This document shows, piece after piece, positions 39,829-49,290 of a DNA stretch of 64,000 nt. Source of the DNA: Patescibacteria group bacterium (GTDB lineage: Bacteria > Patescibacteriota > UBA1384 > XYA2-FULL-43-10 > 1-14-0-10-43-13). Position numbers and translations under genes: made by a program. Position 1 is the stretch's first letter. Each line of letters opens with the position of its first letter. Under the pieces are notes generated by a model. The model was not told where the DNA came from. It did no database searches and saw nothing but the letters and a program-made list of their open reading frames with translations. The stretch covers positions 799,234-863,233 of the forward strand of contig JBAZBD010000001.1 in assembly GCA_041671645.1 (NCBI GenBank), given 5' to 3'.

Positions 39829-40398
39829 CTACACAAGCCCACCCCAGCTGGAGGTCAAGAAGACTATCGTGATGGCTAGCACAGTAATCGTCGCGTAAGT
39901 AAAAAACTTGTTGTCTGTATGCTTAGCCAGAACAGTATAGCAAAATCCGACGAAAAGATAAGAAACCGCTGCGATTATCAATCCCTGGCTAGTTGGATCG
40001 ACCAAAAAATAACTCAATATCAGGAAAACCTCGAGGATAATCAGAGAAAAAAGTACAAGATAAATCAACCGCTTGTCTCCGAGAATACCGATCTTTTGCT
40101 CGACATATGTGAATAAGTATGAAAATATGATCAGTGTTCCGATCATCGCGAACCAAAGGGGCAGGGACATTTGATATAAGACAGAATATAGGGCATGGCC
40201 AGATGTAAATGAAAGCAAGATTAGCGTAAATATTGGTGAAAGTTCCCGCCATATGACAAAAAGACCAAAAACAGAAATCCCGATCATCGTATACAAAAGA
40301 AAATCGCTAGACACATTTTGGGCATAGGTGAAAACACCCCAGGCCAAAATGGCTGTGAGCATAGATTTTCTAGTAAATTGACTCTTCAGAAAAGCCAT
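39829..40398 (-). CDS. Hypothetical polytopic membrane protein, 189 aa.
   Basis: About six TM helices and no recognisable motif. The start overlaps the LCP stop (TAATG). Confidence 0.45.
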   Translation of the reverse strand: MAFLKSQFTRKSMLTAILAWGVFTYAQNVSSDFLLYTMIGISVFGLFVIWRELSPIFTLILLSFTSGHALYSVLYQMSLPLWFAMIGTLIIFSYLFTYVEQKIGILGDKRLIYLVLFSLIILEVFLILSYFLVDPTSQGLIIAAVSYLFVGFCYTVLAKHTDNKFFTYATITVLAITIVFLTSSWGGLV

Positions 40399-41822
40399 TA
40401 ATTTTTGGTCGAATTATAATCTTTACCAATATAGATCGCAATTTCGGAGGAAGGATTTGCTGGCGCAGTTTTGCCTGCAGTAACCCCAACCTTGAGGAGA
40501 GAAGAAAGATCGTCGAGCGCTTTCTTCTTGTTTCCATTTGAATAGTCGTAAATAACCGTTTTCTCCATCACTGACTTGGCATTTGAGACTGTCAGCACAT
40601 CAACTTCCCCCGATCGAGCTAACTCTTTGGACAGATTTGTGGCCAGGCCGGGCGTGCCAGAAGCGTTATAAATTTCTATCTTTGCAGTCGTACCCGCCGG
40701 TTCATCAAAAATGTTTTTGATCATGCTATTGATTTTGATGTAATTACCACCCTTCGGCAGAAGGTGATAGGTCCCGTCAGATGAACTCTCCAAATAACCA
40801 TCTTTGCCGGTGTTCAACACCTTGGTGCTCATATTGTTCCTGTCAATTTTTGAAGCTAGCGAAAGAAATTCTTTTAGTTCTGGCAGGGACATATTCGTTT
40901 TCATAGAATCGCCGAGTGTGTTAATTAAATCCAATATCTTCTTGGGGTTAGCCAAGGTACCGCCAGCCGTTGCCTTCTCCTTTACGGCAGTCAAAATTTG
41001 TTGTTGTCTAGCCGCTCGGTCGAAATCGCCTCCGCTAGTCCCATGGCGAGATCTGGCATATTTGAGAGCAGTTTTGCCGTCCAAATGATGCTGCCCGGCT
41101 TTGATATAAAATGGAGCGTATCCCTCCATTTTGTCGTCTGGGAACTCAGGATCGTAGATATCGCTCGCCACTGTGACGTCAATTCCGCCCAATTGATCAA
41201 TTAGCTTTTCGAATCCGCTGAAATCGGTGGATACGTAATAATGAATTGGAATATCAAAAAGTTTTGAAATTACGTCGCTTTCGTAATTGGCGCCAGATGT
41301 AAGCGCCTCACCTCTACACTGGCTAAGCTTCTTTTTGGTGCAATTCTTCGCCAGATAGGAATTATAGCCGATCGAGAGTGCGGAATTTATCTTGGCTTCC
41401 CCACCACTTGGCATTTTGACCCAGAGATCACGAGGAATCGAAATCATAGCGGCTTTGTTGTCAGAAGGTCTAACGCTCAGAATCATAATCGAGTCAGTAA
41501 GCAACCCTCCGTCATGGCCGACTCCGCCTGATCCGAATAGCAGGATGTTGATTCTATTTTCTTTTTGTCCCTTGAGGATATCTTTGCTGCCGTATATGGT
41601 TTTGATCAGGTCTGCTCCGTTGCCAAACCCATTCTCAAAAATTTTTGATCCTGAGGAAATAGCATAAGATATGACCGATATTCCGAGTACAACAATAATT
41701 CCCAATATGATAAAGAAAATTTTCCAGAGCCTTTTCTTCTTTGATTGAGCTACAACTGGTTGGTCTTCGGTCTTTCTGACTTTTCGTCTCAAAAACATTA
41801 AAATATCCGCTATTTGTTTCAC
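40398..41822 (-). CDS. LytR-CpsA-Psr (LCP) family cell-envelope phosphotransferase with a C-terminal LytR_C domain.
   Basis: N-terminal TM followed by ILLFGSGGVGHDGGLLTDSIMILSVRP...ISIPRDLWV, the LCP core. Confidence 0.85.
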   Translation of the reverse strand: MKQIADILMFLRRKVRKTEDQPVVAQSKKKRLWKIFFIILGIIVVLGISVISYAISSGSKIFENGFGNGADLIKTIYGSKDILKGQKENRINILLFGSGGVGHDGGLLTDSIMILSVRPSDNKAAMISIPRDLWVKMPSGGEAKINSALSIGYNSYLAKNCTKKKLSQCRGEALTSGANYESDVISKLFDIPIHYYVSTDFSGFEKLIDQLGGIDVTVASDIYDPEFPDDKMEGYAPFYIKAGQHHLDGKTALKYARSRHGTSGGDFDRAARQQQILTAVKEKATAGGTLANPKKILDLINTLGDSMKTNMSLPELKEFLSLASKIDRNNMSTKVLNTGKDGYLESSSDGTYHLLPKGGNYIKINSMIKNIFDEPAGTTAKIEIYNASGTPGLATNLSKELARSGEVDVLTVSNAKSVMEKTVIYDYSNGNKKKALDDLSSLLKVGVTAGKTAPANPSSEIAIYIGKDYNSTKN

Positions 41823-41854
41823 TAATCAATAGTATCAAAAACGAGGGCGAAGGT

Positions 41855-42217
41855 CTAGCTTTTGGGCTGTGAAATCTTTGGTGCAAAAGCATAGACTGGC
41901 AGAACAGGCTTTTCAAAATTTCTGGTTTGAATGTCAGACATTTGAGCAACAACTGGAATATCCAGACTAAATGCCAAACTATTTGCAACACTAACCCCAA
42001 CTCTTACTCCCGTGTATGGCCCAGGGCCTGGATTAACTACAATTGCTGAGAGATCTGACTTTTTTTTGCCAGCGTCTTTCAAAATACGCTCAATGTTGGA
42101 GAGCAACTCTTCGGTATGATTGTGTACCACTCGCCAATTTAATGAGCCGACTAAACTTTCTCTGTCATAGAGACAAAGTCTGGCTTCCCAATCTGCTGTA
42201 TTTATCTCAAGTATCAT
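41855..42217 (-). CDS. tsaB: TsaB-like (YeaZ) protein, N-terminal domain only, about 120 aa.
   Basis: AIVVNPGPGPYTGVRVGVSVANSLAFSLDIPV matches the GPGSFTGlRiG motif. The start ATG overlaps the tsaE stop (ATGA). It is much shorter than canonical TsaB. Confidence 0.6.
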   Translation of the reverse strand: MILEINTADWEARLCLYDRESLVGSLNWRVVHNHTEELLSNIERILKDAGKKKSDLSAIVVNPGPGPYTGVRVGVSVANSLAFSLDIPVVAQMSDIQTRNFEKPVLPVYAFAPKISQPKS

Positions 42218-42636
42218 CGGTATTCTACCTCTCTTGAATTTTCGTCGATGTATTTGAACATAATGGTTTTCGTTCGCTCTTTGGGAATTAACTTGGATAT
42301 TTTCTCTGGCCACTCAATTACACAAATGCTTTTGCCGTCCGCAAAATATTCCTCGAGCCCAATTGAAATTGCATCATCCTCGTTTGCAAGCCGGTAACAA
42401 TCTACATGCACCATTTTACGGTCCGTAGCTTCAATCTCATACTTTTTCATAATAGTGAAGGTCGGGCTTGTGACTGGGTTGGTAATACCCAACGCCTCGG
42501 CAAAAAATTTCGTAAACGTGGTTTTCCCAGATCCGAGATCGCCTTCCAGGGCCAAGATTTGGCCATCGCAAACCTCACCAGCTATGTCAGCGGCGAATTC
42601 AGACATCTCACCCAAATTATTCAGAACTTTTTTCAT
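42214..42636 (-). CDS. tsaE: tRNA t6A biosynthesis ATPase TsaE (YjeE).
   Basis: P-loop GDLGSGKTTF followed by SPTFTIMKKY, in a typical 140-aa protein. Confidence 0.8.
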   Translation of the reverse strand: MKKVLNNLGEMSEFAADIAGEVCDGQILALEGDLGSGKTTFTKFFAEALGITNPVTSPTFTIMKKYEIEATDRKMVHVDCYRLANEDDAISIGLEEYFADGKSICVIEWPEKISKLIPKERTKTIMFKYIDENSREVEYR

Positions 42637-42681
42637 TTGGTATTCAAATAATCAATGCAAAGAGGATTTCGACAAATATGA

Positions 42682-43422
42682 TTATAACTTAATCTCCTTC
42701 CCCTCTTCCAACTCCCCATTTCTTTTTTTTTCTTCGCCCCTGTTCAAATCACCAAATATTTTTTTGGACTCTTCACTTTCGAAAACGGGACTCTTCATTC
42801 TTTCGGACAAGTTCTTCTTTTTTATCAGAGTCTTGGCCTCTCTTTCAAGATGTTCATACTTTTTATGAGTTCCTGGCTTTTGGTCTGGCAGGTTCTCTAT
42901 GTGATGCTCGTGGAGATTTATAATTCTCTTTGCCACTAAATATGGGTTGGGAATCGACAAGAACTGAAAGTTTTCCCTCTCTCCTGCGGTCTGAATCATC
43001 ACGTCACCGAAATGTAACAGAGTCGGAAAAATTCCATTAATTCGTGCATTCACATCCTGGACCTGATGCAAATGTAATTCTGAGATCTGGCGATGGAAGA
43101 ATCCGGCTTGATCAATATCGACAATCCTTCTGTCAGTGACGATATAAACATCTAGATAGTAGGAAATAAAACCATAAAGCTGAAGGCCTATGGTAAACAA
43201 TAGATAGATACTCAAAAGTAGCATAAGCGAAAGTCTGAGCAGGCCGTCTAGCGATTGGCCGTAGGCAATGAAATAGTAAATCGCGAAAATTGCAGGCACG
43301 ATCATAAACAAACCAATCCCGGCAAACGGGACATAGTTGAACCAGTGTTTCCTGATCAGCAGAAAAACTTTTTCTTCTTTTTCTTGGCTAGGGAATAATT
43401 TGTCTTCGTCTGTTTTGGCCAT
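42682..43422 (-). CDS. Membrane protein with a bacterial PH domain (bPH_2/YdbT-like).
   Basis: Two TM helices followed by YIVTDRRIVDIDQAGFFHRQISELHL...FGDVMIQTAG, the bPH_2 pattern. The C-terminal tail is Lys/Glu-rich. Confidence 0.55.
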   Translation of the reverse strand: MAKTDEDKLFPSQEKEEKVFLLIRKHWFNYVPFAGIGLFMIVPAIFAIYYFIAYGQSLDGLLRLSLMLLLSIYLLFTIGLQLYGFISYYLDVYIVTDRRIVDIDQAGFFHRQISELHLHQVQDVNARINGIFPTLLHFGDVMIQTAGERENFQFLSIPNPYLVAKRIINLHEHHIENLPDQKPGTHKKYEHLEREAKTLIKKKNLSERMKSPVFESEESKKIFGDLNRGEEKKRNGELEEGKEIKL

Positions 43423-43423
43423 T

Positions 43424-43624
43424 TTAGGGTAATTCGACTATTGCGAATATTAATGTTGTCACAATGATAGCGACAGAAACGATAGAATAAATCACTATGG
43501 CAAGCTTGGAAAGGTCACCCGAGTAGCCAAAACGCCAGAGATGATAAATCCCCACGCCGCTGTAGATAACGAAGGCGAGGACAACACAAAGATAGATTAC
43601 GATAACAGCATAATTATAATTCAT
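43424..43624 (-). CDS. Small two-TM membrane protein, about 66 aa.
   Basis: Two hydrophobic helices. The start is trimmed to Met14 to abut the queH stop. Confidence 0.3.
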   Translation of the reverse strand: MNYNYAVIVIYLCVVLAFVIYSGVGIYHLWRFGYSGDLSKLAIVIYSIVSVAIIVTTLIFAIVELP

Positions 43625-44205
43625 TCTAGGCGTCCTTCCGCTTTTGAATCCTTGCATCCGCAAAAAGTTGGAGACTCCAAATCATGATTTTTGGCATAAT
43701 TTCTTCCCTTCCAGTAACCTTTGCGGAAATCTTGATAATAAAACGTCAAACCATAGTCGAGAGCCCTCTCGTTGCAAATCTCGACAATTTCGTCGTGGTC
43801 TTTGTACGGAGAACAAAGTAAGGTGGTAGTAAAATAATTAATCTTCAGCTGTTTGGCCTGTTCAACTGTCTGCTGTATTAGAAGAGAGTTGCAAAAGCGA
43901 CAGCGGCGTCGGCGGTATCGATCAATCTCAGTAATATATTTGATTGAACTCTTGTCCTTGTACGGGGCTATGATATCGAGGAGGTCATCTGGATGATGCT
44001 CTGGCAGAATAAGCTGAATGTCATTCTCCTGGCAATAATTTTCGATATTTTCTCGCCTTTTCTGGTATTCCTCGTGCCCATCGATTTCGGGATTGTAAAA
44101 GAAGGCTACAGGCACAAATCCGGCCTTTTGGAGCTCAGCAAAAACATAGCTGGCGCACGAGGCGCAACAGGTATGAACAAGAATTTTCCGAATTTTGCTG
44201 GTCAT
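43621..44205 (-). CDS. queH: Epoxyqueuosine reductase QueH (DUF208).
   Basis: LVHTCCASCASY (conserved CC..C cluster), a further Cys pair CRFC and a length of about 190 aa. Confidence 0.75.
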   Translation of the reverse strand: MTSKIRKILVHTCCASCASYVFAELQKAGFVPVAFFYNPEIDGHEEYQKRRENIENYCQENDIQLILPEHHPDDLLDIIAPYKDKSSIKYITEIDRYRRRRCRFCNSLLIQQTVEQAKQLKINYFTTTLLCSPYKDHDEIVEICNERALDYGLTFYYQDFRKGYWKGRNYAKNHDLESPTFCGCKDSKAEGRLE

Positions 44206-44207
44206 CT

Positions 44208-45257
44208 TTAGAAAAGACTATTCTTCTGGCTATTCTTTATTTTTAAATGGTCGAATGCCAGTGGTGTCACGATTCTACCACGATTTGTCCGATTTATGAA
44301 GCCTAGCTGTAACAAATATGGCTCGATCACATCCTCAATCGTATCCTTGTCCTCCGAAAGTGCGGCCGCAATTGTTTCAAGCCCCACTGGTCCGCCGCCG
44401 AATTTTTCGATAATGCAGTTGAGATATTCTCTATCATTTCGGTCGAGACCGATTTCATCAATATTGAGCTTGGAGATCGCTTCGCGAGCAATCGGCTGGT
44501 CGATCTTGCCATGATGTTTCACCTCCGCGTAGTCCCTGACCCGCTTCAAGATACGGTTGGCAATTCGAGGAGTGCGACGCGATCTCTTGGCAATCTCACC
44601 CTTGCCCTCATTGTCGATAGAAACATTTAGTAAATCAGCTGAGCGATTGATGATTTCAGAAAGTTCAGGATCAGAGTAAAATTCCAGCCGATGAACCAAA
44701 CCAAACCGATCACGCAAAGGAGACGAAAGAGAGCCAAATTTGGTGGTGGCGCCGATAAAGGTAAATGGTTCGAGATTGATTCTCATGCTACGGGCCGACG
44801 GGCCCTTGCCAACAACCAAATCAACGACATAATCTTCCATCGAAGAGTATAATACCTCTTCGAGATTGCGATTCAGTCGATGAATTTCATCAATAAATAG
44901 GACGTCGCCCTTCTGAAGATTGGTTAAAATTGCCACTAAGTCGCCCGCTCGCTGAATAGCGGGGCCAGAAGTAACCTTGATCCCGACACCAAGCTCATTG
45001 GCGATAATGTGGGCCAAGGTTGTCTTGCCAAGTCCTGGAGGGCCGTAGAGTAAAATATGTTCGATTGAATCGCCCCTTCTTCGCGCTGCTTCAATCACGA
45101 TTGCCAGATTGCTCTTGATCTCATCTTGGCCGACATAATCTTTCAGCGCTCTCGGGCGTAGGGAGCTATCGAACCTTTCGTCCTCAGAAGAAGCCTCTTC
45201 GCCGGAGACGAGGGTAGAAATATCAGTTTCTAAATTTTGTTCTAGATCTCTATCCAT
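44208..45257 (-). CDS. ruvB: Holliday junction helicase RuvB.
   Basis: AAA+ motifs [14 protein letters not shown] and DEIHRL, plus the C-terminal winged helix. Confidence 0.95.
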   Translation of the reverse strand: MDRDLEQNLETDISTLVSGEEASSEDERFDSSLRPRALKDYVGQDEIKSNLAIVIEAARRRGDSIEHILLYGPPGLGKTTLAHIIANELGVGIKVTSGPAIQRAGDLVAILTNLQKGDVLFIDEIHRLNRNLEEVLYSSMEDYVVDLVVGKGPSARSMRINLEPFTFIGATTKFGSLSSPLRDRFGLVHRLEFYSDPELSEIINRSADLLNVSIDNEGKGEIAKRSRRTPRIANRILKRVRDYAEVKHHGKIDQPIAREAISKLNIDEIGLDRNDREYLNCIIEKFGGGPVGLETIAAALSEDKDTIEDVIEPYLLQLGFINRTNRGRIVTPLAFDHLKIKNSQKNSLF

Positions 45258-45330
45258 GAGGCCATTATAACAAAAAGAGAGCTCAATACTAGCTCCCTGC
45301 TCCTATTTGATCTCCATCCGTAAATAAAGC

Positions 45331-45897
45331 CTAGCTTTTCGCTAGTTTTTTGAGACACCAGCGAATTTTCTCCTCCGTGGTAATAATTTCGGCTGGAATT
45401 TTGTTGATGAAAGATGCAATCTCGTTTTTCTTGTAGCCGAGAGACTCTAATGCATCGAAAAGGTCGTTGTTTTCTCCGCCAGCGAGGACATTGATATTCT
45501 GATCTCCCGACAACTTCGACTTCAATTCAAGGATTATTTTGGCCGCCACTTTCTTGCCGATTCCTGGAACGGCTGTAAAGAAATTTAAGTCGTCAGAAAT
45601 GATAGCACGAATTATCTTGTCCGACTTGCCTGATGACATAATATTCAATCCAGCCTTCGGTCCAACCCCCGATACAGTGATCAATTTCTCGAACATATTT
45701 AGCTCGTCGAATGACTGGAAGCCGTAAAGATCATCTAGATCTTCGCGAATATGTTGGTGGATGAATAATTCCGTTGACTCGCCGTTGGCCAAGACGGTAG
45801 CTGAGTCGACATTGACGCCATAACCAACCCCGCCAGTTTCTAGAATAATGAAACCGGTCCGGCTGACCACAACTTTTCCTTTCAAATATGAAATCAT
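45331..45897 (-). CDS. ruvA: Holliday junction DNA helicase RuvA.
   Basis: MISYLKGKV...GVGYGVNV OB-fold, HhH motifs (GVGPKAG, VPGIGKKVAAKI) and a C-terminal RuvB-binding domain. Confidence 0.9.
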   Translation of the reverse strand: MISYLKGKVVVSRTGFIILETGGVGYGVNVDSATVLANGESTELFIHQHIREDLDDLYGFQSFDELNMFEKLITVSGVGPKAGLNIMSSGKSDKIIRAIISDDLNFFTAVPGIGKKVAAKIILELKSKLSGDQNINVLAGGENNDLFDALESLGYKKNEIASFINKIPAEIITTEEKIRWCLKKLAKS

Positions 45898-47018
45898 TTT
45901 CGCAACAGCTCGATAAACAACCGTTCATAGCTATCAACCATTTTCTCGATATCAAATTTTTCTCGGGCATGATTATGAGAAGCGACGGCCATTCCTTCGT
46001 ACTCAGCGTCGCCAAGAGAATCAATTTTGCGAATCGCTTGCTCGAGACCGCCAACACCAGTCTTGGCTATCACCCTTCCTCGATCAACTTTCCCCTCTGC
46101 CGGATCAATTAAATATCCGGTTTTCCCGTCGATGATGAGTTCGGGCGCTGAGCCGTTCGCATATACAATCGCTGGCTTTCCAGCCGCCATACTTTCCGCC
46201 ATCACTAGACCGAACGCTTCTTCCACTTGCATCGGATTTACCAACGCGATACTTCCAGCCAACAATTCGCTCTTCTCCGCATCATTCACTTCGCCCACAT
46301 AAAAAATCTGCTGATTATCAATTTGCGGCTTTATTCTTTCCTCAAAATATAATTTGTCCTCGAGACGAGGATAGCCCCCTGCGATTTTCAATTGAACGCC
46401 TGCCTTCTTGGCTGCTTCAATCGCAAGATGGACACCTTTCTCCTCGGTGATACGGCCCAGAAAAACGAAATAATTACCTTTTTCAGTTGTGAACTTTATT
46501 TTTGAGAGGTCTATCCCATTGTAAACGAAATTGTGGTATTCAATGGAGTCGAATATTTCTTGTTGGTGTTTGCTAACCGTAACCAAAGAGACATTCTTCA
46601 TTTTGCTTATTTCAGTATATATCCTAGCACGGTAAGGTGGGGAACCAACAGGAGCATGGATGGTTGAGACGATTGGTTTATTTATCAGACTTGCGTGCAT
46701 GAGAAAACGCCACCCTATGTTGTCGTGGATAACATCAAAATCTTCTTGAAGCCGGACTATCTCATCTAACGCCTTATTCTTGTAATGCTCATTCAGGGCC
46801 TCAAACCCAGAGGAGCACAGTTCGGCGTCTTCTCGAATACTCTTTTCGATAACGGGTACAAGTTTGGCGCTGGTTTCTGAATTAGAAGATGCGAAAAGTG
46901 TGACGTTATGACCGCGCTTGACTAGGCCCTCGGCCAACCAAAAAGCTATTCTATTGACCCCGCCACTCTTCGAAGGAGGAACCGGATCCAATAATTCGGC
47001 CAATATCGCAATTTTCAT
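45894..47018 (-). CDS. GT4-family (GT-B) glycosyltransferase.
   Basis: N-terminal GGV..RIAF..A..L..GH.VT fold and the C-terminal E..G....EAMA.G.P motif. Confidence 0.8.
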   Translation of the reverse strand: MKIAILAELLDPVPPSKSGGVNRIAFWLAEGLVKRGHNVTLFASSNSETSAKLVPVIEKSIREDAELCSSGFEALNEHYKNKALDEIVRLQEDFDVIHDNIGWRFLMHASLINKPIVSTIHAPVGSPPYRARIYTEISKMKNVSLVTVSKHQQEIFDSIEYHNFVYNGIDLSKIKFTTEKGNYFVFLGRITEEKGVHLAIEAAKKAGVQLKIAGGYPRLEDKLYFEERIKPQIDNQQIFYVGEVNDAEKSELLAGSIALVNPMQVEEAFGLVMAESMAAGKPAIVYANGSAPELIIDGKTGYLIDPAEGKVDRGRVIAKTGVGGLEQAIRKIDSLGDAEYEGMAVASHNHAREKFDIEKMVDSYERLFIELLRK

Positions 47019-47020
47019 TT

Positions 47021-48196
47021 TTAATTCGCAATTAATGATTTGTAGAGTTTCTCAATTTTCTTCGAAATTTCTGGCCATTGGAATTTTTCGACTGCCCGCT
47101 TGTGGCCAGCTTCGCCCAATTTTAATCTCAATTTTTCATCCGAGAGCAGACGAATAGCATATTTGGCGAAGCCGTGGATGCTATTGTAACCACTAACTAG
47201 ATACCCGTGTTCACCGTGTTGGAGCACGTATGGTACTCCCCCACATTTAGTGGCTACTACTGGGACCTTAGAATACATCGCCTCGGCCAATACGATACCG
47301 AAGGCTTCATAGATGGTTGGTGAGATCAACACTTGTGACATCCTATAGAAAGCAACTTTTTCTCGGACATTGGAAATATAGCCACAAGCAGTCACCCTCT
47401 TCTCAAGTCCGTATGAGCTTATCATCTCTTTCAGTTCAGGCGAGGTGTCTGTGTAGGCCCCAATAATTAACAGATGCGCGTCAGGGATCTTTTTGGCGAT
47501 CAGATCAAAAGCTTTGATCGATCTGTCCAAGCCCTTCCGAAGATCAGTCATCGATCCGAAAACCAGGACATATTTCTTGTTTTCAGGGATTTTGAATTTC
47601 TTCCTTACGTCTCTTCTCGGTTCCGATTCACTCACGATATTAATATCGATGCCATTTGGGATTATTCGGAGTCGATCGATATTGATCTCTGGATATTTCC
47701 GCTTCAGCAACGCCTTCTCGTAGTCGGAGACACAGATGGTAGCAGAGGAATTTCTGATGACTGGAACGGTCAGCATCCGCTCAAAATATTTTCGAATATT
47801 TTTGACTTTCTCGGTATCAAAAACGTTCCAAGGATGATAATGAGGCGTGAAAACATATGGCTTCTTCTTGCATTTGGCCGCAATGGCGCCGACCTGGGAG
47901 GATTGGCAAAGTGTGCCATGAACATGGAGCACATCAAAGTCATGCTCTAACAAATAGGATAATAGAGTTGGAAAAACGACTTGATTGGCCGGCTCATCGA
48001 GTGGATAGGCTGGCAACACTACAATTTTGACCCCTTCAAGCTTGAGCGACTTCTTGAAGCTGGCCAATTCTCCGATATCACTAGTAATGATCGTGACGCT
48101 GTGGCCCAACTTGACCAAGTTTTTTGAAATATTAAAGACGTGACGCTCCTGGCCACCACCGTAATAAAATCTTTGACAAATTTGAATAATTTTCAT
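47021..48196 (-). CDS. GT4-family (GT-B) glycosyltransferase.
   Basis: GG.ERHV..ISK.L...GH.VT at the N-terminus and EAFGIVLAEAMYSKVPVVAT at the C-terminus. Confidence 0.8.
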   Translation of the reverse strand: MKIIQICQRFYYGGGQERHVFNISKNLVKLGHSVTIITSDIGELASFKKSLKLEGVKIVVLPAYPLDEPANQVVFPTLLSYLLEHDFDVLHVHGTLCQSSQVGAIAAKCKKKPYVFTPHYHPWNVFDTEKVKNIRKYFERMLTVPVIRNSSATICVSDYEKALLKRKYPEINIDRLRIIPNGIDINIVSESEPRRDVRKKFKIPENKKYVLVFGSMTDLRKGLDRSIKAFDLIAKKIPDAHLLIIGAYTDTSPELKEMISSYGLEKRVTACGYISNVREKVAFYRMSQVLISPTIYEAFGIVLAEAMYSKVPVVATKCGGVPYVLQHGEHGYLVSGYNSIHGFAKYAIRLLSDEKLRLKLGEAGHKRAVEKFQWPEISKKIEKLYKSLIAN

Positions 48197-48213
48197 GTTT
48201 GCTTCCCTGACTC

Positions 48214-49290
48214 CTATTTATTCTCAGTTGATGTAGTATTATTTCTAATCTTGTTAATTTCTCTCGCTCTTCTTAATACTTCTGCGGCGTAGGCGACGCT
48301 GTGCGGACCCTTACGACCCTTTTTCTCGACATAAAACAACGCATGTTCTCCTTGATTTGTCGGCACGTATTTAAAGCTACCCGCTCCAGTTACATCTTCT
48401 TTATTGACAATATCGTCTATGGCCTCATCAAGTTCTGGCTTTGACCCACCAACTTTTACTTTAGCAACTTTATCGATACTATTTTCGAACATCGGAATAT
48501 CATTTCCACTATCACCCGCTACGATCCCAGAGTCAATATCTAATTCTTCAACTAAGTAATTGATCGCGTCCGCTTTATCAAGTGCCAATAGATCCACATA
48601 GTAGAGGCTTTTGCCCCCGTCTAATTTCTGGATTTGACAAACTGAGACCCTGAATTTTGGAAATAATTCCGTGAATCTATCACGGACACTCTGCATCTTC
48701 TGAATATTACCTTCGAACTGAAGGCTAACTTTGAACTCTTGGTTCTCTAGATATGGTGCTCCGTCCAGGAACGCTTGTTCTTCGGCTGGCCACTGGAATT
48801 GTAATTTTAATTCTTGGTCGGAAGCTGACTCACCATCAATTTCTTCTTTGGCAGTCTCTACCACTTCCTTGCGGTTGAATCCTGTTGCCAACACGCGTTC
48901 TCGATATTTTGAATCCGGGACATAAAACAATTTATCTCCCTCTCGCTTTAATACCCAGATCTGTGAACCCACCGAACTACAAATCGCTTGGAAATAGGGC
49001 AGTTCTCCTTTGGCGATTCTTTCCCCCACTACCTGAATTTGATTTCCTGTATCAGCAATAATTGGGTAGTTCTCTCTCTTGGCCCCGTCAAACAGTATTT
49101 TGGTTGTTTCTGGTTCGCTCGGGAGAAAAGCTGTGTCATCAATATCGGTAAAAACCGCCACGGATTCTCCGTTGCTTTTCCTCTGGGCGTCTAGCATCGC
49201 GACCAATTCAGAATCAGTATAAGCTGACGGCGCTTCCTCGGCTGGGCTTTCTAGATCGATGCCATAGTTTACTTCGCCACGGTCTATCAT
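48214..49290 (-). CDS. HAD-IIB (Cof/sucrose-phosphatase-like) sugar-phosphate phosphatase.
   Basis: Motif I VFTDIDDT (DxDxT) and motif IV AGDSGNDIPMF (GDxxND), with a cap-type insertion between them. Confidence 0.7.
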   Translation of the reverse strand: MIDRGEVNYGIDLESPAEEAPSAYTDSELVAMLDAQRKSNGESVAVFTDIDDTAFLPSEPETTKILFDGAKRENYPIIADTGNQIQVVGERIAKGELPYFQAICSSVGSQIWVLKREGDKLFYVPDSKYRERVLATGFNRKEVVETAKEEIDGESASDQELKLQFQWPAEEQAFLDGAPYLENQEFKVSLQFEGNIQKMQSVRDRFTELFPKFRVSVCQIQKLDGGKSLYYVDLLALDKADAINYLVEELDIDSGIVAGDSGNDIPMFENSIDKVAKVKVGGSKPELDEAIDDIVNKEDVTGAGSFKYVPTNQGEHALFYVEKKGRKGPHSVAYAAEVLRRAREINKIRNNTTSTENK

